NCBI GenBank assembly: GCA_965214095.1
Contig: OZ243938.1
Location: 4,960,001 to 5,024,000 of the forward strand
Source: Candidatus Poribacteria bacterium
GTDB lineage: Bacteria; Poribacteria; WGA-4E; WGA-3G
Length of the DNA stretch: 64,000 bases
Direction: 5' to 3'
Made by a program: the position numbers and the translations under genes. Shown here piece by piece: positions 10,493 to 20,464 of this stretch (its first letter is position 1; the number at the start of each line of letters is the position of its first letter). The notes under the pieces were generated by a model. It ran no database searches and had not been told where the DNA came from. It saw only the letters and a program-made list of their open reading frames with translations.

Positions 10493-11371
10493 TTACCTGA
10501 TTATTTCTGTGCCGATACCACCTTCAGTGAGCACCTCAAGGAGAAGTGAATGCGGTATCCTGCCATCTATTACATGTGTTTTTGCTACACCACCGAGGAG
10601 TGCTCTCTCACATGCCTCAATTTTTGGAATCATACCGCCTGTAATGATACCGTCATTTATATAAGCTTCTATTTCTCGCATTTGAATCGTTGATATGAGT
10701 GAAGTGATGTCCTCAACATTTTCACAGATGCCAATCATATCTGTTAATAGTATAAGTTTTTCAGCTTGAAGTGCAGAAGCGATTTCTCCTGCCATTGTAT
10801 CCGCGTTGATATTATAGGTTTGTCCATCAACGCCTGTTCCATTTGGGGCAATAACTGGAATATACCCTGCCTCATCAAGTGTAATAATTGGCTGCGTATT
10901 AACACCTATGACATTACCGACAAAACCGATGTCTATTTCAGTTTCCTTTCCATCTTCATCTATGAAGGTAGGCTTATGTTTCTCTGCGACAATCATATTG
11001 GCATCTTTCCCACAAATTCCTATCGCCTGTCCACCGTGTTGATTGATTTTTGCAACGATACCTTTGTTAATTGAACCCGCAAGCACCATCTCTGCAATTT
11101 CAACAGTTTCGGCATCGGTAACGCGTAAACCTTGAATAAATTCAGTTTCTTTTCCCGCTTTATCCATCCATGCGCTGATTTTTGGGCCACCGCCATGCAC
11201 AACAATCGGACGCATACCAACATATTTCATCAGGACGATGTCTGCCATCACTGAATCTATAAGAGTATCCTCTTCCATCGCAGCACCACCATATTTTATA
11301 ACAATTCGTCGATTGTGAAACCGACGGATATATGGTAACGCTTCAATAAGCACGTCTGCAGTTCTGATCAT
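10493..11371 (-). CDS. argB: Acetylglutamate kinase
   Basis: 'EALPYIRRF', 'VIKYGGAAM', 'VVHGGGP', 'YNINADT', 'GGMIPK'. Start placed at ATG 11371 behind an AAGGA RBS. Confidence 0.95.
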   Translation of the reverse strand: MIRTADVLIEALPYIRRFHNRRIVIKYGGAAMEEDTLIDSVMADIVLMKYVGMRPIVVHGGGPKISAWMDKAGKETEFIQGLRVTDAETVEIAEMVLAGSINKGIVAKINQHGGQAIGICGKDANMIVAEKHKPTFIDEDGKETEIDIGFVGNVIGVNTQPIITLDEAGYIPVIAPNGTGVDGQTYNINADTMAGEIASALQAEKLILLTDMIGICENVEDITSLISTIQMREIEAYINDGIITGGMIPKIEACERALLGGVAKTHVIDGRIPHSLLLEVLTEGGIGTEIIR

Positions 11372-11479
11372 ATTTCTGTGTATCCTTTCGGTGGTATTTC
11401 TTGATGTTATTATACGAATTAATGCTTGACATGGCAAGTGAATTGTTGCACAATTCTGAATACTAAATTATCAATTTAT

Positions 11480-12598
11480 ATGAGTGAGTTTATGTTAGAA
11501 AATACTGACGAAGTTGCACAAGTTGCACTATTTAAGGGTGTTGGTCTACCTTTTGAGTTCAGTGAAGCACCTATTTCAACTTCAGAAAACACAGTCTTGG
11601 TAAGGGTGTTATTATCCACAATTTGCGGTTCTGATCTTCATACTGTATCTGGAAGACGTAGTGCAGAAGTGCCATGTGTGCTTGGACATGAAGCCATTGG
11701 AACTGTCGCCGCGCATACAGATGTCTGTTCTACTGATGGAAAACCACTACAGATTGGAGACAGAATTGTCTGGAGCCTCACAACTTCATGTGGTGAATGC
11801 CATTACTGCGAAAACAAAAGTCTTCCACAGAAATGTAGCACAATGTTCAAATATGGTCATGCTCAGGGAGTGGGGGAAAATGTTCTAACAGGGGGTTTCG
11901 CAACGCACATGAAGCTACGGAAAGGAACCACTATTTATCATATTCCAGATTCAATAACCGATGCAGAAGCAGTACCGATAAATTGTGCACTGTCAACTGT
12001 CGTAAACGGTTTACAACAAATAGGAACTCGCTCTGGTGAAACTGCTGTTATCCACGGTGCTGGTATGTTAGGTCTCTATGCTGCATGTTTTCTACGAGAG
12101 GCAGGCTACAAAATAGTCGCAATTGTAGACAAGAATGAAACCCGTTTACAGATTGCCAAACAGTTTGGGGCAACACACATCTTTAACGCTGATACAACAT
12201 CTACTGAGGAAATTGATGGTATCCTGAAAGGTATAACGCAAGGTCATGGCATAGACCTCGGTGTTGAGGTCAGTGGTGCACCGTCCGCTATTCCGAATCT
12301 GACTGAGTGGTTAACGATTGGTGGTAGATGTGTGACATTAGGATATGTATATCCATTGGATCATGTGCCTCTGAATTTACACCAACTGGTTACAAAATGT
12401 ATCAGTCTCCAAGGTGTTCACAACTATCATCCTCATGTGCTGAAATCTGCCTTAAGTTTCGTAGAAAACAGTCGGATACGTTATCCGTTTGCAGAATTGA
12501 TTGGTGCAACATATCCTTTATCAAAAATTGATAATGCCTTTGAGGCATCATTTAGACAAGATACAATTCGTGTTGCAGTTGACTCACAGACGGATTAA
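11480..12598 (+). CDS. Zinc-dependent alcohol dehydrogenase, putative phosphonate-catabolism-associated type
   Basis: 'TICGSDLHT', 'VLGHE', structural Zn 'CGECHYC...LPQKC', 'KYGH', 'GAGMLG', 'GVHNY'. A TTGACA-17-CACAAT promoter-like site lies upstream (11426). Confidence 0.8.
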   Translation: MSEFMLENTDEVAQVALFKGVGLPFEFSEAPISTSENTVLVRVLLSTICGSDLHTVSGRRSAEVPCVLGHEAIGTVAAHTDVCSTDGKPLQIGDRIVWSLTTSCGECHYCENKSLPQKCSTMFKYGHAQGVGENVLTGGFATHMKLRKGTTIYHIPDSITDAEAVPINCALSTVVNGLQQIGTRSGETAVIHGAGMLGLYAACFLREAGYKIVAIVDKNETRLQIAKQFGATHIFNADTTSTEEIDGILKGITQGHGIDLGVEVSGAPSAIPNLTEWLTIGGRCVTLGYVYPLDHVPLNLHQLVTKCISLQGVHNYHPHVLKSALSFVENSRIRYPFAELIGATYPLSKIDNAFEASFRQDTIRVAVDSQTD

Positions 12599-12726
12599 TC
12601 TTTATGATATTAATTTGGTATTATACAATTTCTAATGATGATTTTTCTTTTTCAATTGGAATGTAAGAGGCGCAATGAATTGCGCGACTACTAACCAGTT
12701 ATTTCTTTAATGGTATGTTCTTAAAT

Positions 12727-13182
12727 ACTATAGTTTGGATAATTTCTCTTGGTTACATACTGATATTGTTGGCATTTGCAATATATTGTGAGTTTGGGAT
12801 AGGATAATACTTTGATGAAAAAGTGTGAATACGTCAAAATGAGCAGCCCCAGCGGGGCGACAGGTGTATAGAAAAATGTGCACCATAGGCGTCAATTTAG
12901 TGTAAATTAGGCGTTTTCCCCAGGACGGTAGGTTCGGTTTCCTAACCGAACCGGATCCTACGCGAGAACCTCTATGAAGGTATTTAGCACAAAGCCGGTT
13001 CGGTTAGGAAACCGAACCTACCGGTCCTTGGAAGGACGCTAAATTGACGCCTATGGTGTATAGAAAAATGTGCCCCGACCAATGCAAGCCCCAGCGGGGC
13101 GACAGGTGTATCATTATGATGACTGTGATGCTCCTTGTCCAGAGCACTGTTCAAGTCCTCAAAAAACTGTCCAAACTATAGT
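12727..13182. mobile_element. MITE with ACTATAGTTTGGA terminal inverted repeats, containing a nested second MITE
   Basis: TIRs at 12727 and 13170-13182; internal GCCCCAGCGGGGC hairpins; an uninterrupted homologue lies at 46855-47154. Confidence 0.75.
12884..13055. mobile_element. Nested MITE with CATAGGCGTCAATTTAG TIRs enclosing an inverted pair of GGTAGGTTCGGTTTCCTAACCGAACC REPs
   Basis: TIRs at both ends; flanked by a 20-bp direct repeat (12864-12883 / 13056-13075, one mismatch). Confidence 0.75.
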
Positions 13183-13406
13183 TAAATAGATATGGTAGAT
13201 GAATAACATTTGTGCTATAATCTTGCACCAGTTGGTATAATTCTAATCAACAAACAATCTGACGGAAGTGCAACTAATGTTCTGTCTACACTAATCTTGT
13301 AGGTCGGGTAGAGGCACGAAACCCGACAGGCATCCATTATCATCAATAAAGGCCGGTGTCGTGCCTCTATCCGACCTACAATGTCCAAATGGACACTCCA
13401 CTAAAT

Positions 13407-14516
13407 GTGAAAAAACGGAAAATCTTAATCCTCTGTATTGACGCTGGAAGCCAGGATTACTTGGCAGCAAGCGACATCCCGAATATCCGAAAATTAGCAG
13501 ATGAAGGATTCTATCAGGACGCAAACGCTGTGATTCCATCAGTGACCAATGTCAATAATGTGAGTATTGCGACAGGCACATTTCCTGAGAAACACGGCAT
13601 TACATCAAATTATTATGTTGATAGAAAAACAGGAAAAGGTGAATTTATTGAGGATAACCGTTTCTTGTTGACTCCAACACTATTTGAGGTTTCTAAAAAG
13701 ACTAAATTTGCTGATAAAACTGCGTTATTCGTGACAAAGCAGAAGTTGTTGAGAATGTTAGAAGGTGGCACTGATATTGCTGTTGCGGCTGAAGCACCAC
13801 CTCCTGAATATATTGATGCAATCGGTCCTGCCGAACCGATTTATTCTATTGAAATCAACTGGTGGTTGTTACGGGCAGTTCATTACACTTTACGCAAATA
13901 CGATCCACAAGTTGTGTATTGTTCAACAACGGATTGGGTGCAGCACAAGTTTCCACCTGAAGCAGAGATGTCACAGAAACACATGGCTGAACTCGACCGC
14001 ATTATCGGTGAGATAGTTGATGATGACCCAGAACGCGAGATATACATCACGGCTGATCATGGTATGTTGGACAAATCGGTCGCACTTGATCCTGGACGGA
14101 TACTAACACAAGAAGGGATCCCAGCAGACGCTATTCCGATTATTAAGGATAGATATGTCGCACATCATGGCAATTTAGGCGGGGCAGCATACATATTTCT
14201 TAAAGACAGTAAAAGCATTGATTCCGCTGTTCAGATACTAAAAAAGACCTCTGGTATTGAGGAGGTGTATACTGCTGAAGACGCAGCACGTATATTTCAC
14301 CTTCATCCTGATAGGATTGGTGACGTTTTTGTATTGGCAGACAAAGATACAGTTTTTGGTGAATTGGAGGTGACTTCAGAACCGATTTCAGTTCGTTCAC
14401 ACGGTTCGCGTCACGAAAGTTATGTGCCGATAATAGGCTATAACAGTCCTTGGTCGGCATCAGATTTTGAATATAACCTTGATGTAGGTAGGCTTTTTTT
14501 AGAAAGTCTGCATTAA
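13407..14516 (+). CDS. phnA: Phosphonoacetate hydrolase-like alkaline phosphatase superfamily enzyme
   Basis: 'CIDA', nucleophile region 'PSVTNVNNVSIATG', 'TTDWVQHK', 'ITADHGM', 'RSHGS'. The track's earlier start lies inside a REP, so GTG 13407 was chosen. Confidence 0.75.
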   Translation: MKKRKILILCIDAGSQDYLAASDIPNIRKLADEGFYQDANAVIPSVTNVNNVSIATGTFPEKHGITSNYYVDRKTGKGEFIEDNRFLLTPTLFEVSKKTKFADKTALFVTKQKLLRMLEGGTDIAVAAEAPPPEYIDAIGPAEPIYSIEINWWLLRAVHYTLRKYDPQVVYCSTTDWVQHKFPPEAEMSQKHMAELDRIIGEIVDDDPEREIYITADHGMLDKSVALDPGRILTQEGIPADAIPIIKDRYVAHHGNLGGAAYIFLKDSKSIDSAVQILKKTSGIEEVYTAEDAARIFHLHPDRIGDVFVLADKDTVFGELEVTSEPISVRSHGSRHESYVPIIGYNSPWSASDFEYNLDVGRLFLESLH

Positions 14517-14548
14517 TACTAATTATACTTTCAAAAAGGAATACAAAT

Positions 14549-15151
14549 ATGGCAGCAGAACAGACAAATGGATGGATATCTCTCTTTGATGGTGAAACAC
14601 TAAACGGTTGGGGTGCCACTGGTAAAGAAGAAGGATGGGCTGTGGATGACGGTGCTATTCTCTGCACTGTTAAAGGCGGTAATATGCTCTATTCAGAAGA
14701 GCAATTTGACAACTTCGTCTTGTCATTGGAATATATGAGTGAACCGACTGTGAATAGTGGTATTTTTATACGTTGGGCAGATTTGCAACGTCCAGTGCAA
14801 ACAGGACTTGAGATTCAGATTTTAGACACACACGGCAAAGAACCTGCTACGAAACACTGCTGTGGTTCACTTTATGATGCTTTGGAACCGACACGGAACG
14901 TATGCAAACCTGCAGGTGAATGGAATGAAATGATTATCACTTGTGATGGAAGCCTCGTCATTGTTGAAATGAACGGTGAAGAAATTGTCCGTGCAGATTT
15001 AGATGAGTGGGATACACCGCATGAGAATCCTGATGGTAGCAGGAACAAATTCGGTATCGCTCTCAAAGATTTTCCGCGTAAAGGACATATCGGTCTTCAA
15101 GATCATGGTGGAAAACTCTGGTTTCGAAATATAAAGGTTAAACTGTTGTAG
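14549..15151 (+). CDS. DUF1080 / 3-keto-disaccharide hydrolase family protein
   Basis: 'WISLFDGETLNGW', 'NSGIFIR', 'EIQILD', 'GEWN', 'GHIGLQDHG...FRNIKVK'. Confidence 0.9.
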   Translation: MAAEQTNGWISLFDGETLNGWGATGKEEGWAVDDGAILCTVKGGNMLYSEEQFDNFVLSLEYMSEPTVNSGIFIRWADLQRPVQTGLEIQILDTHGKEPATKHCCGSLYDALEPTRNVCKPAGEWNEMIITCDGSLVIVEMNGEEIVRADLDEWDTPHENPDGSRNKFGIALKDFPRKGHIGLQDHGGKLWFRNIKVKLL

Positions 15152-15190
15152 ATGGAAGGTTGAGGTGCGTTTTCTCGTGCCTCTATCGTG

Positions 15191-15333
15191 TTATAGTGAA
15201 TTATAAATATAAGTTGTCACTTTCGACCCACGGTCGGCAAGGTTTCCTAACCTCGCCGATTCGTCCCACGGTAGGCGAGGTTTCCTAACCTCGCCGATGC
15301 AGAGTGTTCAACTAATTTCAAAATCCACTATAA
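15191..15333. mobile_element. MITE-like element (TTATAGTGAATT...AATCCACTATAA) with two GGCGAGGTTTCCTAACCTCGCC-type hairpins
   Basis: Homologous copy at 29356-29459 and a partial inverted copy at about 8596-8660. Confidence 0.6.
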
Positions 15334-15396
15334 TAACGAGATTAAGGCATCATTTTTATGGAAAATTGACATGAAATGTAGTATACTATTTATATC

Positions 15397-17202
15397 ATGT
15401 CAACATTACTTCACAACATTCGCAATTTCTGTATTTTAGGACACATAGACCACGGCAAAAGCACATTAAGTGATCGTCTCTTAGAGCAAACAAATACGCT
15501 TGCTGAAAGAGAGATGCGGGAACAAGTGCTGGATTTAATGGATTTGGAACGGGAACGCGGTATCACTATAAAAGCTACCGCAGTCAAACTCCATTATCGT
15601 GCTGAGGATGAAAATGTCTATGAACTCAATTTGATTGATACGCCAGGACATGTAGATTTTACTTATGAGGTGTCCCGAAGTCTTGCGGCGTGTGAAGGTG
15701 CTATCCTTATTGTTGATGCAGCACAAGGCGTTGAAGCACAAACGTTGGCAAACGCCTATCTTGCTGTAGAAAATGAACTGGAAATTATCCCTGTAATTAA
15801 CAAAATTGACCTCCCCGCTGCCCAACCTGATGAAGTCAGAAGACAGATTGAGGAGGTCGTTGGTATACCGGCGGAGGATGCCCTCCTTGTCAGTGCGAAA
15901 GCCGGCACCGGCATCCCCGCTATTTTAGAGGCAGTTGTCAAGCGAATACCCGCACCTATTGGGAACTCTGCAGCCCCATTAAAAGCACTTGTGCTGGATT
16001 CCATTTACAATAACTATCGTGGTGTGATTATTTACACTCGCATCTTTGATGGTAGCATTGCACCGGGTGATAAGATTCAACTCATGCAGACTAAACAGTC
16101 TTATGAAGTTGAGGAAGTTGGCATTTTTACGCCACAAATGCAACCCGCTTCCGAACTCAATACAGGTGCAGTCGGATATCTTATTGCGGGTATTCGTGAC
16201 ATTGACAATGCTAAAATTGGCGATACTATAACGCATCATCTGCATCCTACCGAAGTACCACTTCCAGGCTATCAAGAAATAAAACCGCTTGTATTTAGTG
16301 GTCTGTATCCTGCAGATACAAACCAATTTCAGGCACTCAGAGAAGCACTGGAAAAGTTACGGCTCAACGATTCCTCTTTCACCTTTGAACCAGAAACCTC
16401 TGTTGCGCTTGGATTCGGGTTTCGATGCGGATTCTTAGGTCTACTCCACATGGAAATCATCCATGAACGGCTTGAACGAGAATTTGAACTCTCGCTTGTT
16501 CGTACTGCCCCCAGTGTGATGTATCGGGTTTTTCTCAAATCTGGTGATGATGTGTTAGTGGACAATCCCGCACATCTGCCAGAAACACAGGACATTGAAC
16601 GAATTGAAGAACCGTATGTCAGTATTGATATAATCGTTCCACGGGAATATATCGGAAATGCAATGGAACTTTGTCAAAAACGACGGGGTATATATAAGCG
16701 GATGAACCAATTGGATGTGAGCAGAGTACAACTCCTCTATGATTTGCCACTCAGTGAAATGCTTGTTGATTTTTTCCCGAAGTTAAAATCACTCACTCGC
16801 GGATATGCTTCACTTGAATACGATATCGGTGAATATAGAACAGAGAAACTGGTAAAGTTAGATGTTCTTTTAATGGGAAAACCTGTTGATGCGCTCTCAA
16901 CTATTTTACCACGTGAAATGGCTGAAAACCGTGGAAAGAATTTAGTATCTAAACTGAAAGAGTTGATACCCAGACAAATGTTTGAAATACCGATCCAAGC
17001 TGCGATCGGGACTAAGATTGTAGCACGCGAGTCGGTCAGACCGCTTCGTAAAAATGTAACCGCAAAATGCTACGGTGGTGATATTACAAGAAAACGAAAA
17101 TTGTTAGAAAGACAAAAGGAAGGTAAAAAACGCCTCAAACAGATCGGGAATGTTGATGTGCCACAAGAAGCATTCACAGCAATGCTTGCTACAGATGATT
17201 AA
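15397..17202 (+). CDS. lepA: Translation elongation factor 4 (LepA)
   Basis: '[12 protein letters not shown]', 'ERERGITIK', 'DTPGHVDF', '[14 protein letters not shown]', '[14 protein letters not shown]'. Confidence 0.98.
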   Translation: MSTLLHNIRNFCILGHIDHGKSTLSDRLLEQTNTLAEREMREQVLDLMDLERERGITIKATAVKLHYRAEDENVYELNLIDTPGHVDFTYEVSRSLAACEGAILIVDAAQGVEAQTLANAYLAVENELEIIPVINKIDLPAAQPDEVRRQIEEVVGIPAEDALLVSAKAGTGIPAILEAVVKRIPAPIGNSAAPLKALVLDSIYNNYRGVIIYTRIFDGSIAPGDKIQLMQTKQSYEVEEVGIFTPQMQPASELNTGAVGYLIAGIRDIDNAKIGDTITHHLHPTEVPLPGYQEIKPLVFSGLYPADTNQFQALREALEKLRLNDSSFTFEPETSVALGFGFRCGFLGLLHMEIIHERLEREFELSLVRTAPSVMYRVFLKSGDDVLVDNPAHLPETQDIERIEEPYVSIDIIVPREYIGNAMELCQKRRGIYKRMNQLDVSRVQLLYDLPLSEMLVDFFPKLKSLTRGYASLEYDIGEYRTEKLVKLDVLLMGKPVDALSTILPREMAENRGKNLVSKLKELIPRQMFEIPIQAAIGTKIVARESVRPLRKNVTAKCYGGDITRKRKLLERQKEGKKRLKQIGNVDVPQEAFTAMLATDD

Positions 17203-17250
17203 CATACACATATCAGATATACGGACAAATCCATTTTTCACGAGGACAAC

Positions 17251-18651
17251 ATGAAGTATATCAATATATTATGCCTAATATCGCTCCTTCTATTCAGTTC
17301 ATTTACTTTCGCAGCTACAATCAATGTGCCAGCCGATCAACCGACAATTCAAGCAGGGATTGATATATCTCAAAATGGTGACACTGTTTTGGTAGATGAT
17401 GGCATCTACAAAGGCAAAGGAAATGTTAACATTGATTTCAAAGGAAGAATGATAACCGTAAAGTCTCGCAATGGTGCTGATGCAACGATAATTGATTGTG
17501 AGAAAATTCTTGAGACCAGAGGTTTTACCTTCCATAATGATGAAACGATTGATTCGGTGTTAGATGGCTTTACAATTAAAAATGGGGTCCATATATTTGG
17601 TGGTGGTATCTATCTTAGTTATGCTTCCCCAACAATTAAAAACTGTGTAATTGATAGCAACGAAGCGCGTAGGAACGGAAGTTGGACTGGTCTTGGTGGA
17701 GGCATATATATTTTTAATGCAGATCCGATTATAACCGACTGCACAATTATCCGAAATGAAGCAAGAAATACTTCTGGTGGCGGAATATGCATACATGGTG
17801 AATGGTTTAGGGATGGGGTTGTTTTGAGAGAAACTGATGCAACACCCACAATAGAAAATTGCTCTATTACTGATAATACCGGTAGTGGGATTTATGCTAT
17901 GTTGAGTGTTAACCCTATTATAAGTAATTGTACGGTATCGAAAAATAGCGGACAAGGTATTTTTTTTAATATCGAGGCACGCACCAGGAATCCTATCACA
18001 AATTGCCGAATAGAGCAAAACCGTGGTGGTGGTTTAGAAGTACGTGAATATTCTGTTATGGAAATTCAAAATTCTATCATAGTGGGAAATACAGCAGAAT
18101 ATGGTGGAGGGATTTTTTGTAGTCTAACTTCAGTATTAGCGGTCACGGACTGTGTAATTGCACGAAACACAGCAACCAAGAATGGCGGTGGTATTGAGGT
18201 GACATCGAAATGGGGCGGAACAGTGGTCAAGTATTGCACAATTACACAAAACACTGCCCACGAAAAAGGTGGTGGGATATATGCTAAGATGTTTCTTAGT
18301 GGTTTTGACCTAACCAATTCAATTGTTTGGGGGAATAAGTCTGAAGGGACACACGCGGAGGTATTCGCTGCAGGTAGGCAGGTAGTTATTAGGTTTAGTG
18401 ATATTAGGGATGGACTTGATGGTATAGATTACGAACCTGATGGTGAGAAGTTTACTGATGGTGAGGATTTTATCTATGAAAACAACATAGATGAGGATCC
18501 GATGTTCGTTGATGCAGACTCAGGTGATTATCGTCTTAAGCCTGGTAGTCCGGCTGAAGCGATGGGAGTACAAACGTTTCATGTCGGTCCAACTGCTGTC
18601 TCACAACATGGAAAACGTTTGGTAAGATGGGCAGATTTAAAACGAAGATAA
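17251..18651 (+). CDS. Secreted right-handed parallel beta-helix repeat protein with C-terminal GKRLVRWADLKRR motif
   Basis: Signal peptide ending TFA, 'VPADQPTIQAGID', GGGI/NxA repeats, 'DPMFVD...GDYRL..GSPA'. Confidence 0.8.
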   Translation: MKYINILCLISLLLFSSFTFAATINVPADQPTIQAGIDISQNGDTVLVDDGIYKGKGNVNIDFKGRMITVKSRNGADATIIDCEKILETRGFTFHNDETIDSVLDGFTIKNGVHIFGGGIYLSYASPTIKNCVIDSNEARRNGSWTGLGGGIYIFNADPIITDCTIIRNEARNTSGGGICIHGEWFRDGVVLRETDATPTIENCSITDNTGSGIYAMLSVNPIISNCTVSKNSGQGIFFNIEARTRNPITNCRIEQNRGGGLEVREYSVMEIQNSIIVGNTAEYGGGIFCSLTSVLAVTDCVIARNTATKNGGGIEVTSKWGGTVVKYCTITQNTAHEKGGGIYAKMFLSGFDLTNSIVWGNKSEGTHAEVFAAGRQVVIRFSDIRDGLDGIDYEPDGEKFTDGEDFIYENNIDEDPMFVDADSGDYRLKPGSPAEAMGVQTFHVGPTAVSQHGKRLVRWADLKRR

Positions 18652-18808
18652 CATTCGGAACTTTTGTTGAATAAATAGCCGTATTATCTCAACAAATCTT
18701 ATGGTGGAACTCAGGTTATTGGAACGGTGTTTATTAGGTTAGACACAGTCCACTTCAGAATTTTAGTAACAATAGCAATAGAATATACTCAACCATAGGA
18801 GAAAAAAC

Positions 18809-20251
18809 ATGTTACAAATTAGAATGTTCGTCTATTCAATAATTATTGTATGTTTCTCTTTTTTATGTCCACTTACTTTTGCAGCTACGATTAATGTGCC
18901 TGCAGACCAACCGACAATTCAAGCAGGGATTGATACCGCACAAAACGGTGATACTGTTTTGGTAGATGATGGCACCTACAAAGGCGAAGGAAATGTTAAT
19001 ATTGATTTCAAGGGTAAAGAAATAACTCTTAAATCTCGCAAAGGTGCTGAGTCAACGGTTATTGACTGTGAAGAGAAACTTGAAACCAGAGGATTTTATT
19101 TCCACAATGGAGAGACAAACAAAGCGGTGTTGGATGGATTTACTATTATTAATGGATTGCATCAATTTGGTGGAACAATCACTCTTATTTCTGCTTCACC
19201 TACGATTAAAAATTGTGTAGTTAAGGATAATCTGAGACCTGGCATATATTGCCTTAATTCCGCTCTAAACGTTACAGACACCATTATCTCACGTAATATT
19301 GGGTCAGGTATACTCATTGGAGGAATTGATTTCCTTTTAACGCTTATTCGGGATGATGTTATACAGGATGATGTTAGTTTGGTTGAAACCTTGATAGTAC
19401 CGACTATCAAGAATTGTACTATTTCTGACAATACGGGTAACGGGATTTACTGCGTGCTTGAAAGCGCAATTATCGATAATTGTACTGTTTCGAATAACGG
19501 TAGACGAGGTATAAATCTCGATTCTTTCGCTGGAGCGGATATAACAAATTGTCATATCACTGAAAATTCTGGCGGTGGTTTAATATGTCAAGACTATTCC
19601 GGCATAACAATTAAAAATTCGATTATAGATAAGAATACAGCGGAAAATGGTGGTGGTATATTCTGTAGTCCAACTTCAAGGTTAAATGCCACGGATTGTG
19701 TAATTGCAAACAATACTGCTCTGAAGAATGGCGGAGGTATATGGGATCTTACAAGATTCGGCGATGCTTATGTCAAGTATTGTACAATTACACAAAACTC
19801 AGCAGGAAATAGGGGTGGCGGTATTTGCGTTGAAGACCGAGGTCATCTTAACTTGACAAATTCAATCGTATGGGATAATACTTCTGATGGGACACACACT
19901 GAAGTATTTGCCCAGGGATCCGTAACCATTAAGTCATGCAATATTAAAAATGGTCTTATGGGAGTTGATCCCGATGGCAGACAGAAATTTTTAAAATATG
20001 TGGACAACATAGATGAAGACCCGCTGTTTGTTAATGCAGACGCTGGTGATTTTACACTCCAACCAAATAGTCCTGCTGAAGGAATGGGAAAACGTGATGA
20101 AGCTGACCAAGAAGAAGATGTGCAGGAAGAAGTTGAACAGGAGGTAGTGGAGCAGGAAAAAAATGAGCAGGAACAAGAGAAAGAAGATCCACTATCTGTA
20201 TCTCATCATGGAAAACGATTGGTAAAATGGGCAGATTTGAAACGAAGATAG
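18809..20251 (+). CDS. Paralogous secreted beta-helix repeat protein with acidic linker and C-terminal GKRLVKWADLKRR motif
   Basis: Same architecture as the upstream gene, plus an E/Q-rich linker before the terminal motif. Confidence 0.8.
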   Translation: MLQIRMFVYSIIIVCFSFLCPLTFAATINVPADQPTIQAGIDTAQNGDTVLVDDGTYKGEGNVNIDFKGKEITLKSRKGAESTVIDCEEKLETRGFYFHNGETNKAVLDGFTIINGLHQFGGTITLISASPTIKNCVVKDNLRPGIYCLNSALNVTDTIISRNIGSGILIGGIDFLLTLIRDDVIQDDVSLVETLIVPTIKNCTISDNTGNGIYCVLESAIIDNCTVSNNGRRGINLDSFAGADITNCHITENSGGGLICQDYSGITIKNSIIDKNTAENGGGIFCSPTSRLNATDCVIANNTALKNGGGIWDLTRFGDAYVKYCTITQNSAGNRGGGICVEDRGHLNLTNSIVWDNTSDGTHTEVFAQGSVTIKSCNIKNGLMGVDPDGRQKFLKYVDNIDEDPLFVNADAGDFTLQPNSPAEGMGKRDEADQEEDVQEEVEQEVVEQEKNEQEQEKEDPLSVSHHGKRLVKWADLKRR

Positions 20252-20464
20252 GAGTCAATAAAGTCTTTAACGAAAAAAGTGTTTATACTTTTTCGGTAGG
20301 AACGATCTCCGAATTGTAACGAAACACTATGAAATTCGGAAATCCAAATCAACGGTATGAATCATGGAATATGCTAAACGCGCATGCTTCTTTAGGCATT
20401 CCCGATGTACCCTCCTACAAATCAAATGTAAAGTGAGTTGCAAAATCTACTATCATTAGAAAAC

